Shown piece after piece: positions 38,109-46,856 of a stretch of 64,000 nucleotides of DNA. Numbering within the stretch: the stretch's first letter is position 1; each line of letters begins with the position of its first letter. The notes under the pieces were generated by a model. It was not told the DNA's origin. It was given only the letters and a program-made list of their open reading frames with translations, and made no database searches. The stretch is from Candidatus Moraniibacteriota bacterium (GTDB lineage: Bacteria > Patescibacteriota > Minisyncoccia > Moranbacterales > UBA2206). The position numbers and the translations under genes are program-made. The DNA lies in the NCBI GenBank assembly GCA_030645735.1, contig JAUSNP010000004.1, positions 10,739 through 74,738 on the forward strand, read 5' to 3'.

Positions 38109-40784
38109 TTATTTTTTAAATGCACCTACTAACTGCATAAAGCTTGTCGGCTTATATTTATCCCATTCCTCCTGCTTAACATAAAGCATTTTATATTCAA
38201 TTTTCTTTTGTCTTTCACTGGCATCCTCGCACCATTGTGCCAATCTTTTTATTTTTTCAATATCATCCAAATCTTCCCGTCCTTTTGTTTCGATAATATA
38301 GATTGTTTTGTTATCTGTCTTCACAAAAAAGTCTGGGTAATAACTGGAAATTGCACCGCTCGCATTTTTGTAATCAATCTTGAAATGAATTTCAAAGTAA
38401 TTTTTTGCGAAAGAAAGCACATCTTCAGCACCTTCCAAGAAGTCCGCAAATTCAAGCTCGAAATCACTGTCGCCGACAATTTTATTAAATACGCTCTTTT
38501 TGGGCAATAAATATTTTTTATCAGTTACCACAAATGGTCGCGCGCTACTAATTTTGAGATAATTTTTTATTTCCGTATCACCAACATCCTGCACAGTCAA
38601 ATTGTTTATCTCTTTTTTAAAGGTTTCGACAATAGTTTTTACCGCCTCTAATTCGGATAAGTTTCGCAAAATATTTGCGTCATTAAGATTCACTTCTTCA
38701 TTAAATAGATGCGCGTTGATAAATTCTTTCACTTTGCCAAAAAGAATGTCATAGCAACCAAAGAGACGGAGTTCTTTCATTATTCTTTGCACAAAAAATC
38801 CAATCACACTTTGGTAATTTGGCTCAATGGAGCTATTCAAAATTGTTGTGTGATGTTCTTTGTCATCAATAACTTCCTTAAAAACAATCTCTTTCTTTTC
38901 TTCCTCGGAAAACTGCTTAACTGAAATTTTTTCATGTTTGAAAGTAGCAATATTCAATAGATTGAGATTTTTGTATTCCCTCTGGATTCTCGGTGTCAGA
39001 ACCGGCAGTTCAATGTCCAAATTTTCAATATCTTTTTTTACATTTTCATGATCGACTTCAATGACTGTGGGAGTGATTGGAGAACCGCTTCGATCCATTC
39101 TTCTTTTTTCCAATTCAACACCTTCTGCCTTGATTGATTCAACAAACTCCATAAAAGCAGGTGTTCCAATGATACTCACATACTCTTCCACATCTTGTCC
39201 AAAAAACATTCGGCGAAGACCACGACCGAGTGTCTGCTCTGGCAAAATTTTTGAATCAGAACCATAAGGACGGAGTCCAACGATTGTTGTCACATTTTTT
39301 ACATCCCAACCCTCTTTGAGCATCAAGACAGAAACAATGACTTTATATGGGCTTTCCATGCTATCAATATCATTGGCCTTTTTCCTGAGTTCTTGCAATT
39401 CTTTTTCTTTTTTGCCAGTTGTCGTTTCAGATATCTCACCACTTCTATTTGTGTGAATTGTCAGAACCGCACCTTTCAATTGTGGATAGCTATTTTCCAA
39501 AAATTCCGCCACATCATCACAATTCGTTGTATCATCAGTCATTATAAAAAGAATCGATTTTTTTCCTGTTGGCAATAATTCTGTATATATCTTTTCCCAT
39601 TCTTCCACGCCCAGTCGAATAAAGTCTTCGTATTTTTCAGAAAATATTGAACTTTGTTTTTCTTGCAGTTTTGCCCGACTGGCAGAATCCGGCAAGACCG
39701 GATTTTTCACTACGCCTTGATGGATAGCTTCAACCAGCGGATAGTCAGAAACAGTCTGCACAAAAATCTCGCCACGATTATTTTTTGGTGTCGCAGTCAC
39801 ATCGATTTGCAAAGCTAGTTTTTTACCCTTTTGTAATAATCGATTATGAATATCTTCGATTGATTTAAACCATGCCATTTTTGGATCATGAATGTGATGA
39901 GCTTCGTCATTAATAACCATCAACTCATCAACGTCGCGCACGATTTCTCCTAAATCAATTTTTGAATCATTAGTCTTTCCAGTAACCTTACTGCCCATAA
40001 AATAATCTGACGTGTCCTCATCTTCAAAACTAGCTTCAGATATATCGCCTTCATAAACTCTATGTATATTAGTCAGAAAAATATTTCCCGATTTTGAAAT
40101 TGTGCCAACCTCATCTTGCAAATGCAGTTTTATTTGAAAATCATCTTGCCAATTTTGTCCGGCAAATCCATTATCAGGCAAAATCGGATCATCATGAAAT
40201 ATTTTCAATCCTTCAAAATCAGCCTTGATTCGATCCAAAACGATGATATTTGGCGTGATGAGTAAGAAATTTTTAGATAGTTCAGAATCTTCTTCATAAA
40301 GCTTGTGAAAATATGACCAAGCTAATAGCAAACTCATAACTTTTGTTTTTCCACTTCCAGTCGCCATCTTTATCACAAAACGAAGCCAATCCTCATTGAA
40401 CATATTCGGACTAACACGACCCAATTTATCAAACTTTATCAAATCATATTTGTTGGAAACTTTTTCAACATCATAGAGCCAGATAATTGTTTCCACTGCC
40501 TCTCTTTGAGCATAATAATATTGAAAGGAAACGCTTGTTCCGTCTTTGGCAAAAATGGTGTGTGGCTCAAGAAACCACCAATTCAAAAGAGCCTTGGAAG
40601 TTTCGCTTGCTCCGTCATAATTATTCTTTCGCCACTCCGCAACTTGCTCACGCAATTCTGGAACAAAAGGAGGCAAAAGCTTTTCAAAACCCTCTCTTCG
40701 CAAATCTTCTTCGGCCGGAAACCACCTGATTGCCGGATCAAGGATTTGAAATTTATCTTTTGGAAAATCTTTGTGTAATGCCAT
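38109..40784 (-). CDS. res: Type III restriction enzyme Res subunit (SF2 helicase plus a C-terminal PD-(D/E)xK-like nuclease)
   Basis: Walker A is ..MATGSGKTKVM... DEAH box is ..VINDEAHHI... A helicase C-terminal region follows. The C-terminal ..YYPDFFV...YIIETKGRE.. motif is nuclease-like. Confidence 0.85.
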   Translation of the reverse strand: MALHKDFPKDKFQILDPAIRWFPAEEDLRREGFEKLLPPFVPELREQVAEWRKNNYDGASETSKALLNWWFLEPHTIFAKDGTSVSFQYYYAQREAVETIIWLYDVEKVSNKYDLIKFDKLGRVSPNMFNEDWLRFVIKMATGSGKTKVMSLLLAWSYFHKLYEEDSELSKNFLLITPNIIVLDRIKADFEGLKIFHDDPILPDNGFAGQNWQDDFQIKLHLQDEVGTISKSGNIFLTNIHRVYEGDISEASFEDEDTSDYFMGSKVTGKTNDSKIDLGEIVRDVDELMVINDEAHHIHDPKMAWFKSIEDIHNRLLQKGKKLALQIDVTATPKNNRGEIFVQTVSDYPLVEAIHQGVVKNPVLPDSASRAKLQEKQSSIFSEKYEDFIRLGVEEWEKIYTELLPTGKKSILFIMTDDTTNCDDVAEFLENSYPQLKGAVLTIHTNRSGEISETTTGKKEKELQELRKKANDIDSMESPYKVIVSVLMLKEGWDVKNVTTIVGLRPYGSDSKILPEQTLGRGLRRMFFGQDVEEYVSIIGTPAFMEFVESIKAEGVELEKRRMDRSGSPITPTVIEVDHENVKKDIENLDIELPVLTPRIQREYKNLNLLNIATFKHEKISVKQFSEEEKKEIVFKEVIDDKEHHTTILNSSIEPNYQSVIGFFVQRIMKELRLFGCYDILFGKVKEFINAHLFNEEVNLNDANILRNLSELEAVKTIVETFKKEINNLTVQDVGDTEIKNYLKISSARPFVVTDKKYLLPKKSVFNKIVGDSDFELEFADFLEGAEDVLSFAKNYFEIHFKIDYKNASGAISSYYPDFFVKTDNKTIYIIETKGREDLDDIEKIKRLAQWCEDASERQKKIEYKMLYVKQEEWDKYKPTSFMQLVGAFKK

Positions 40785-40788
40785 ATAA

Positions 40789-41145
40789 CTATTTCTTTTT
40801 TATTAGCTCCTGAATTTGTTTTTGCTGTTCCAATATTAACTGTTGATTTTTTTGATTTTGATCAAGAAGTTCCTGGTTAATCTTCTGTGATTGTTCAACA
40901 GATCCGGTTTTTTCTGAATATTCCTTATAGATGGCTGAATTTATATGAAAAGAATCAATAATCAATGTTGACACCATCACTAATAAAATTATAACAACAC
41001 TAAGTAAGATATAGTTTATATCTTTAAATTTAGAATCGGCTTCTTTTTTAACATCTTCCACCGTAACAGAGCCACCAGTTTCTGGTATTTTAATTTGGAT
41101 TTCACCAAGTTCAGATTTTTCAAATTGCACTTGTTCCTTTTCCAT
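40789..41145 (-). CDS. Small single-pass membrane protein with a Q-rich coiled-coil C-terminus, inserted between mod and res
   Basis: A 118-aa ORF with a central TM helix (ILLSVVIILLVMVSTLII) and ...QELLDQNQKNQQLILEQQKQIQELIKKK. Confidence 0.4.
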   Translation of the reverse strand: MEKEQVQFEKSELGEIQIKIPETGGSVTVEDVKKEADSKFKDINYILLSVVIILLVMVSTLIIDSFHINSAIYKEYSEKTGSVEQSQKINQELLDQNQKNQQLILEQQKQIQELIKKK

Positions 41146-41148
41146 AAA

Positions 41149-41367
41149 TTAAAAAATACCCTTAATTACAAGAACGCCAGACTCCTCCTCAACAGCAAAA
41201 TCTCTTCCAACAAATTGAGCAAGATCTATCCCACTAAAAGACACTCCTCTACCAAATCTAACACCTGGGCCCATTTGCACGCCACCAATTCTAACCAAGC
41301 GAAGAGGCTCAATGCTTCCATCTGTATCTACTTTAAATATTTGATAAAAATTAATTCTTTGAATCAT
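41149..41367 (-). CDS. Small Gly-rich hypothetical protein between mod and res
   Basis: A 72-aa ORF with a 4-nt overlap or spacing to its neighbours. No motif was recognised. Confidence 0.3.
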   Translation of the reverse strand: MIQRINFYQIFKVDTDGSIEPLRLVRIGGVQMGPGVRFGRGVSFSGIDLAQFVGRDFAVEEESGVLVIKGIF

Positions 41368-41371
41368 TAAT

Positions 41372-43534
41372 TTATATATTTATCTCAATTACTTTGGTCG
41401 TATCGTTTCCAAAAATATCAATCACCTTGATTGCGATTTTCATTTTGCCTTTGGACACTTCCTTGAAAACTGAAATCAATTCAAGAGATCTGTCTTTTTT
41501 GGTTCTGAATGATTGCCACTCATTTTCAAAAATATAATTTCCAGTCCATTTTTCTTCAAAGTCGCCTATCTCCATTTGTACAGCATCAGACGATCCATCA
41601 AGTTTTTGCTGAACAGTTTTTTCTTTCGGCACTCTGATAATTTCTTTTTTGCTTTCAAAATCAAAATCCACCGACCAATAATCAATCCAGTCAGTCCATT
41701 TTTTTGTCAAAGTTTCACGCTCAATAATATCCGTATTTTTATCCTTGGAAATCTTTATGACTTGACCGTTTTCAATGACAATCTTGTTTCCACCGGATTT
41801 CAATTTTTCCTCCACTTCTCCAGTATTGTCTTGATTATAGAAAACGGAGAAATCAGTTATCTCAATAGCAACTTCTTTGGCGTTGCCTCGTCCGCGGATA
41901 ATTGGTTTAACTTCAATATAGGCAATGTCATAAAATTTCACCTGTCCTTTTTCAACCGCTTTTTTATCAAACACTTCACGCGGAATAACCTTAAATTGCA
42001 CATCAATACCCAGTTTTTTTGCTTGCTCAAAGTCCAGTCCCATTTCATAGTCAAATCCCAAAACATCAGCTTTAGTTATTTTATTCTCCCGACATTCAGT
42101 GATTATTTTTTCCAGAAAATCATTTGTAATTGGCGTATCAATTGATCCGACTGCAATCAGCCTATCTCTTTTCTTACCGACAAATGAATTGAATGAATCA
42201 ATTGGCTCAGCCTTGTAGGCAGAAAGAATGAGTTTGATAAATTCTTTTTCTTTATTCACCCTTTGAATTCTTTTTTCTTCGTCACGCAAATTTTCATTCA
42301 CAGTCAAAAACTTCTCTCTTTCATATTTTCCAATATTTAAAATTTCAAATGCTCGAAAATTTTTACCAACTTTCTTCAATTCTCTTTGCACCCCAATCAT
42401 TCTCTTGCGAGTGGTATGGACAGAAAAACGACCTAAATCAGAACCAATCCATTTTCGATTTAGCTTTTCTGCAACCGCCAAAGTTGTGCCTGAGCCACAG
42501 AAAAAATCAGCAACAAGATCACCTTCATTGGAAGAGGCGCTTATTATTCTTCTGAGCAGTGACTCTGGTTTCTGGGTTGGATAAGCAATGTGTTCAGGAA
42601 GTGCATTAAAAACCTGTCCGATATTATTTTCTTTTCTATCTAGCCAAGTCCAAACATCATCCGCTTTTCTCCCTTCATCTGCATAATATCTTGTAGCATT
42701 ATTATTTCCAGACATTCTATACTTTCTACCATCCTCATCAACAAGAGGATAAATACTTTCATTCTTTACAAGCAAACGCACTTGATTAAATTTTACTGAT
42801 TTTTTATTTTTAGCAAAAGAAATTATATAATCATGCTTTTTAGCAAAGCCTTTTATTGGCGCTGTACCAGCCTGATAATGCCAAATTATTTGATTCAAAA
42901 AATTTTCCTTTCCAAAAATTTCATCTAGAATTAAGCGCATATAACTATTCAATCTCCAATCACAATGCACATAAACACTACCATCATCCGCCAAAAGACC
43001 GTGCATCAACTTTAGCCTTTCATAAATCATCGCTATAAAACTATCGGCGCCTTTGCCCCAGGTGTCGCGGTAGGCAATTTCTTCAATCACCGACGGTTTT
43101 TTGGTGAAAGTATCTTCGCCAATTTCAATATTCATCGAAAAATCCGCGCCCACATCAAATGGAGGATCGATATAAATCAATTTCAATCCACCCTCAGCTT
43201 CAATTTGTTTTCGAAGTGGTCCATTCTTGAGCGATGACAAAATCAATTTATTGTCACCCCAAATTAGCTTGTTTGACCAGCCTTTCATTTGCCGGCCAGA
43301 AGTGTCAAAAAGAGAAGTTTGCGCGGTTATTTTTTCCTCACTCCGTGGTTCATCAATATGCTCAATCGTCTGAAATGGCAAAACTATATTTTCCGTTTCA
43401 TCAGTTTTTCCATTCCATAAAAGCTCAACCTCCCGATCGGTGTCAAAAAGCAAAAAGCGGTATTTCTCCGGCAATGACTTGCCAGATTCCAAATACTTTA
43501 TTACATCTCGTTTTTCATTCTCAGTTAGCTTCAT
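41372..43534 (-). CDS. mod: Type III R-M Mod subunit (N6-adenine/N4-cytosine beta-class DNA methyltransferase)
   Basis: Motif IV (..LIYIDPPFDVGADF..) precedes motif I (..DFFCGSGTTLAVA..). The protein is 720 aa and lies upstream of res in the same orientation. Confidence 0.85.
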   Translation of the reverse strand: MKLTENEKRDVIKYLESGKSLPEKYRFLLFDTDREVELLWNGKTDETENIVLPFQTIEHIDEPRSEEKITAQTSLFDTSGRQMKGWSNKLIWGDNKLILSSLKNGPLRKQIEAEGGLKLIYIDPPFDVGADFSMNIEIGEDTFTKKPSVIEEIAYRDTWGKGADSFIAMIYERLKLMHGLLADDGSVYVHCDWRLNSYMRLILDEIFGKENFLNQIIWHYQAGTAPIKGFAKKHDYIISFAKNKKSVKFNQVRLLVKNESIYPLVDEDGRKYRMSGNNNATRYYADEGRKADDVWTWLDRKENNIGQVFNALPEHIAYPTQKPESLLRRIISASSNEGDLVADFFCGSGTTLAVAEKLNRKWIGSDLGRFSVHTTRKRMIGVQRELKKVGKNFRAFEILNIGKYEREKFLTVNENLRDEEKRIQRVNKEKEFIKLILSAYKAEPIDSFNSFVGKKRDRLIAVGSIDTPITNDFLEKIITECRENKITKADVLGFDYEMGLDFEQAKKLGIDVQFKVIPREVFDKKAVEKGQVKFYDIAYIEVKPIIRGRGNAKEVAIEITDFSVFYNQDNTGEVEEKLKSGGNKIVIENGQVIKISKDKNTDIIERETLTKKWTDWIDYWSVDFDFESKKEIIRVPKEKTVQQKLDGSSDAVQMEIGDFEEKWTGNYIFENEWQSFRTKKDRSLELISVFKEVSKGKMKIAIKVIDIFGNDTTKVIEINI

Positions 43535-43571
43535 ATCTTATTGAAACACAAAGGGTTTTTTAGCTATTCTT

Positions 43572-44561
43572 ATGGTATCATTAAGTAAGGGTTTATTCAA
43601 GACAGATGAAATGAGCAGGATTTCAAATACAAATAGCACAGGAGGATTGGAAATAGATCGCCTAATGGGCGACGATTTTCTTTTTCTCCTCCTTATTCTG
43701 ATTGACTACCCAGAAAAAAATCCCGGCATCCTTGATCCAGCTCCGTTTGGAAAATTTAGATTCAAAAATTTGCAGTGGAAGTATTGTATTGAATTTATAC
43801 TGTTTCTCAAAAATTGTGCTGGCATAAAAGTCACACGAACAAACCAAGACCTTCCCGAAGTTGAAGTTTTTGAGGAATCGATTGAAATTATTCAAAATGG
43901 CATAAATAATTATTTGGAAAAATTCATCTCTGGCGAACTTATCCCCATTGATAAAAATTATTTAAATTTTGAAAAACAGAAAAAATATTTTCTAGAGAAA
44001 ATAAAAACTAAGCTTGAAAATGAAACATCTAAAACGCTTTTTCTTTCTGACAATGAAATTGAAAATGAATATGATTTTTTTGAAAGCATGTTGGCTTTGG
44101 AAAGGCAAAAATATTTAAAAATAAAAAGTGTCACCAATTCCCAAAAGCCAGAAAGCTCTGATTTTTATAAAATAGTTTTTACAATACGATCAAAATTTCA
44201 CAAAAAAGTTAGCGTGCAAAACAAAAAAGTTAGAAGGCTTTCCGTTAAATGCTTTTCAAAAGGAAACTTGGGCTATTTTCGCGTGAAAAAAGAATCCAAA
44301 GAAAAAATCATCGGAAAGGCTAATTCCAGGCCGTTTTTATTATTACAATTTTTAGTCAATCAAGGCATTGGCGAAATAGTATCGTTCCAAAAAGCTTTCA
44401 AGGCCATCAAAGACGGCAAACATTATAAAACAACCTCCCACCTTGTGGATGAAGAATTGGCCGCTCTTATAAATGCTAGGAAAGTTCTGCAGAAAGAGAG
44501 AAAAATACACCCCTTCAAACTAATTATCGGCAAAAAAGACCGCACAATCCGAATGCAATAA
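43572..44561 (+). CDS. Hypothetical protein, about 300 aa, lysine-rich, in the mobile-element-like module. The start is uncertain.
   Basis: A long plus-strand ORF. No catalytic motif was recognised. The C-terminal region is helix-rich. Confidence 0.45.
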   Translation: MVSLSKGLFKTDEMSRISNTNSTGGLEIDRLMGDDFLFLLLILIDYPEKNPGILDPAPFGKFRFKNLQWKYCIEFILFLKNCAGIKVTRTNQDLPEVEVFEESIEIIQNGINNYLEKFISGELIPIDKNYLNFEKQKKYFLEKIKTKLENETSKTLFLSDNEIENEYDFFESMLALERQKYLKIKSVTNSQKPESSDFYKIVFTIRSKFHKKVSVQNKKVRRLSVKCFSKGNLGYFRVKKESKEKIIGKANSRPFLLLQFLVNQGIGEIVSFQKAFKAIKDGKHYKTTSHLVDEELAALINARKVLQKERKIHPFKLIIGKKDRTIRMQ

Positions 44562-44698
44562 ATTAAAATCATTTTATTGATTTTGGAAAAAACAGAGAAT
44601 TCACTCTGTTTTTTCGTTTGAATAAACGAAAAAGTTCAACAGCCAATTCTCTCGTGGCTTGTTTTCTTGACGGCGTGGGGAGCGTTTTATGTAATGCA

Positions 44699-44896
44699 GT
44701 CATGCAAGAACAATTTTCACCACACCTCATAGAAAAATGCCAAAAGCTCGTTTTCAAGCGAGCTGGGGTTCACATCACCGAAGATCAAGCAGGGAGGTGC
44801 TTGGAAAAATTGGCGCGTTTGGCTAAACTGGCTTTCGAGACTCTTGTGGAAAATAAACATAATGCAAAACCCGATGGAAAGAATAATCACAATTGA
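44699..44896 (+). CDS. Small protein of the ELIKKCQ family, copy 3 (..PHLIEKCQKLVFKRAGVHITEDQAGRCLEKLARL..)
   Basis: The start is placed at the internal Met by alignment with copies 1 and 2. Confidence 0.5.
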   Translation, partial: VMQEQFSPHLIEKCQKLVFKRAGVHITEDQAGRCLEKLARLAKLAFETLVENKHNAKPDGKNNHN

Positions 44897-45173
44897 TAAA
44901 AATGCCCGCTTAAAAATCATTTGCGGAAGCATAATGTTGCAATATAGGAAAAAATCCAAAACAAAGCAAATAGCGTGGCACACAGACGGCCATTTCTCAG
45001 ATTATGCATCAATGGCAGAACATTACATTTCCAACGCGCCATACCGCGCTATTGAAGGCACAGCGTCAATAGAAAAGCTGATTGAAGTCGTCCAGCAGTC
45101 GAGCGACCAAATCAGCCGAGTTTTGAAAAATAATCAATTAAATGGAAAATCACATGGAAAATCAAACCGATGA
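44862..45173 (+). CDS. Hypothetical small protein
   Basis: An ORF of about 100 aa that overlaps the end of the preceding gene, with a start at an internal Met. Confidence 0.35.
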   Translation: MQNPMERIITIDKNARLKIICGSIMLQYRKKSKTKQIAWHTDGHFSDYASMAEHYISNAPYRAIEGTASIEKLIEVVQQSSDQISRVLKNNQLNGKSHGKSNR

Positions 45174-45375
45174 GACTACGAATGAAGAATTCAATCAAAT
45201 ACCAGCTGGTGAGAAACTCTGCCCGCTCATGAATGGATTCTACAAGGGCATTCCTTGCACTTCAGATTGTGCCCTGTATCGTGAGGGTAAGAATGAAAAT
45301 GCATGTGCTTTGCATGAACTGAGATCGATCAGTTGGTTCATGAAGCAGAGCCAGGACAAAAAGCCCATTGATTAA
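45142..45375 (+). CDS. Small Cys-motif protein (LCPL...C..DC family), copy a
   Basis: A 77-aa ORF containing ...EKLCPLMNGFYKGIPCTSDCALY...C.... Confidence 0.45.
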   Translation: MENHMENQTDETTNEEFNQIPAGEKLCPLMNGFYKGIPCTSDCALYREGKNENACALHELRSISWFMKQSQDKKPID

Positions 45376-45416
45376 ATCAATGGGCTTAAAAAAATAATTA
45401 TTAACTACACAATCAA

Positions 45417-45662
45417 ATGGCTATGGTCAAGATTGAGGGCTTCCTCAAAAAGCTGGAAAAATTGCCGTTGAGCGAGCTATGCCCGCTCATCGACAATGTG
45501 AAGTGGAACTGCGGAAAATTAGACAAAGGCAATGAGCCATGCTGTCATAATACCTATAAATATATGAACTGTCCGCATTTCAAAAAATGGTTCTATTGGA
45601 ATGTGACCCGGATGGTTGCCAAAGAAATCGCCAAACTGGAAATTAGTCAAAAGAAAAAGTAA
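45417..45662 (+). CDS. Small Cys-motif protein (LCPL...C..CC..C family), copy b, a paralog of 45142-45375
   Basis: An 81-aa ORF containing ...SELCPLIDNVKWNCGKLDKGNEPCCHNTYKYMNCPHF.... Confidence 0.45.
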   Translation: MAMVKIEGFLKKLEKLPLSELCPLIDNVKWNCGKLDKGNEPCCHNTYKYMNCPHFKKWFYWNVTRMVAKEIAKLEISQKKK

Positions 45663-45702
45663 CCAAAAAGAAATGTAAATAATACTTACTTACTAAAGGT
45701 AC

Positions 45703-45744
45703 AGTAACTAGTAAGTAAGTATGGTTTTAAAAACTTTTTCTTTG
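45703..45744. promoter_or_regulatory. 14-bp perfect inverted repeat hairpin (atacttacttacta / tagtaagtaagtat) directly after the Cys-protein gene. It may be a terminator or a recombination/operator site.
   Basis: Read from the sequence. It is followed by GGTTTT. Confidence 0.5.
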
Positions 45745-46856
45745 AGAAATCTCTCTAACTGAAAAACTGAAACGACCTAAAAATCCCTCTGTCGCGCGAA
45801 AAATGCTACGCTATGCACATTTAAAAGGCTCGGATAAGCCAAAGTTATGGGAATTAAAAATGACGGTGATCCGCCGCGCGCTGGCAACGAACCACTGACT
45901 TGAAAAAATGCACAAATCTTGGCAGAGGCGCAGCGGAAAGGGCGCCAGAGGACAAAAAAATTGGAGCAATCTTTGAGAAGACGCATTTTTGCCGGAACAA
46001 TGACGGCCATCCGGAATTGGACGGAAAAATGCAAGCGACGAGAAGTTGAAACGATTTTGTTTGGCCTCGGGTTCGCACTCCCCTCGCCTTGGGGCGAGGG
46101 GTTGGGGGTGTGGGGAAATCCAAAGTGCGGAAAAGGATTGATGTCCTACAACGGGCATTCTTGCGACACCCCTTTTTTCTCAAAAATCGGGGAAAGCTTG
46201 GACACGATTTTTGCAAGAAAAAAGAGCGTGTTCGCAAAATGCCTCGTTGTGGGAGGGTGAGAAAAAGACAGTCCTTTAGTTTTCAAAGTGAAGTTTTTTT
46301 CGAATCCCCTTGCGTCAATCCTTTTCCTTCCTTGCGGGGAAAGAGATTGAGAAGACCGCCAAGGTTTTCTCACTACTAAAGCAGTTTGACCGCAACCTTT
46401 ATAAATTGTGCAGGATGAAACAGTGGCATTGGAAAAGTCTGATTAGATATTTGGCAGTCTGGAATTTTCGCCGCGAAAAGTTCCAGTCTGCCAAATTCCT
46501 TGAATGAAAACATTTTCCAAGGACACTGTTTCTTTCTGCTTTCCTTTTTGATTGGTTGCGGGAAAACTACCCTTATTTTAGGGGGTTATCCATAGAATAA
46601 AAATATGTTATTATACATATGGACACAAATTAATATTCATCAGAACACAATCGGTGCGATTTTTTTTCGTATCGAGAAAAGGGCGACTTTCGCTTCAAGT
46701 TCTGATGAAGAATTTGTGTCCAGCGAGGTCGTCCTTTTGTTTGGGCGAAAAACAAAAAAATTATGGACACAAACTTATTACTCAGCGATTCACCGGCAGA
46801 CTTGCCAACCATATTGATGTTTTTTGGAACATTTATTTTTATAATTTTTATGGAAT

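Noticed and set aside
45811-46379. Overlapping ORFs of 85-127 aa on both strands in the 45.8-46.4 kb GC-rich stretch
   Set aside because: They are mutually overlapping with Arg/Pro-rich junk translations, typical of non-coding GC-rich DNA. They are treated as non-coding (see the ncRNA finding).
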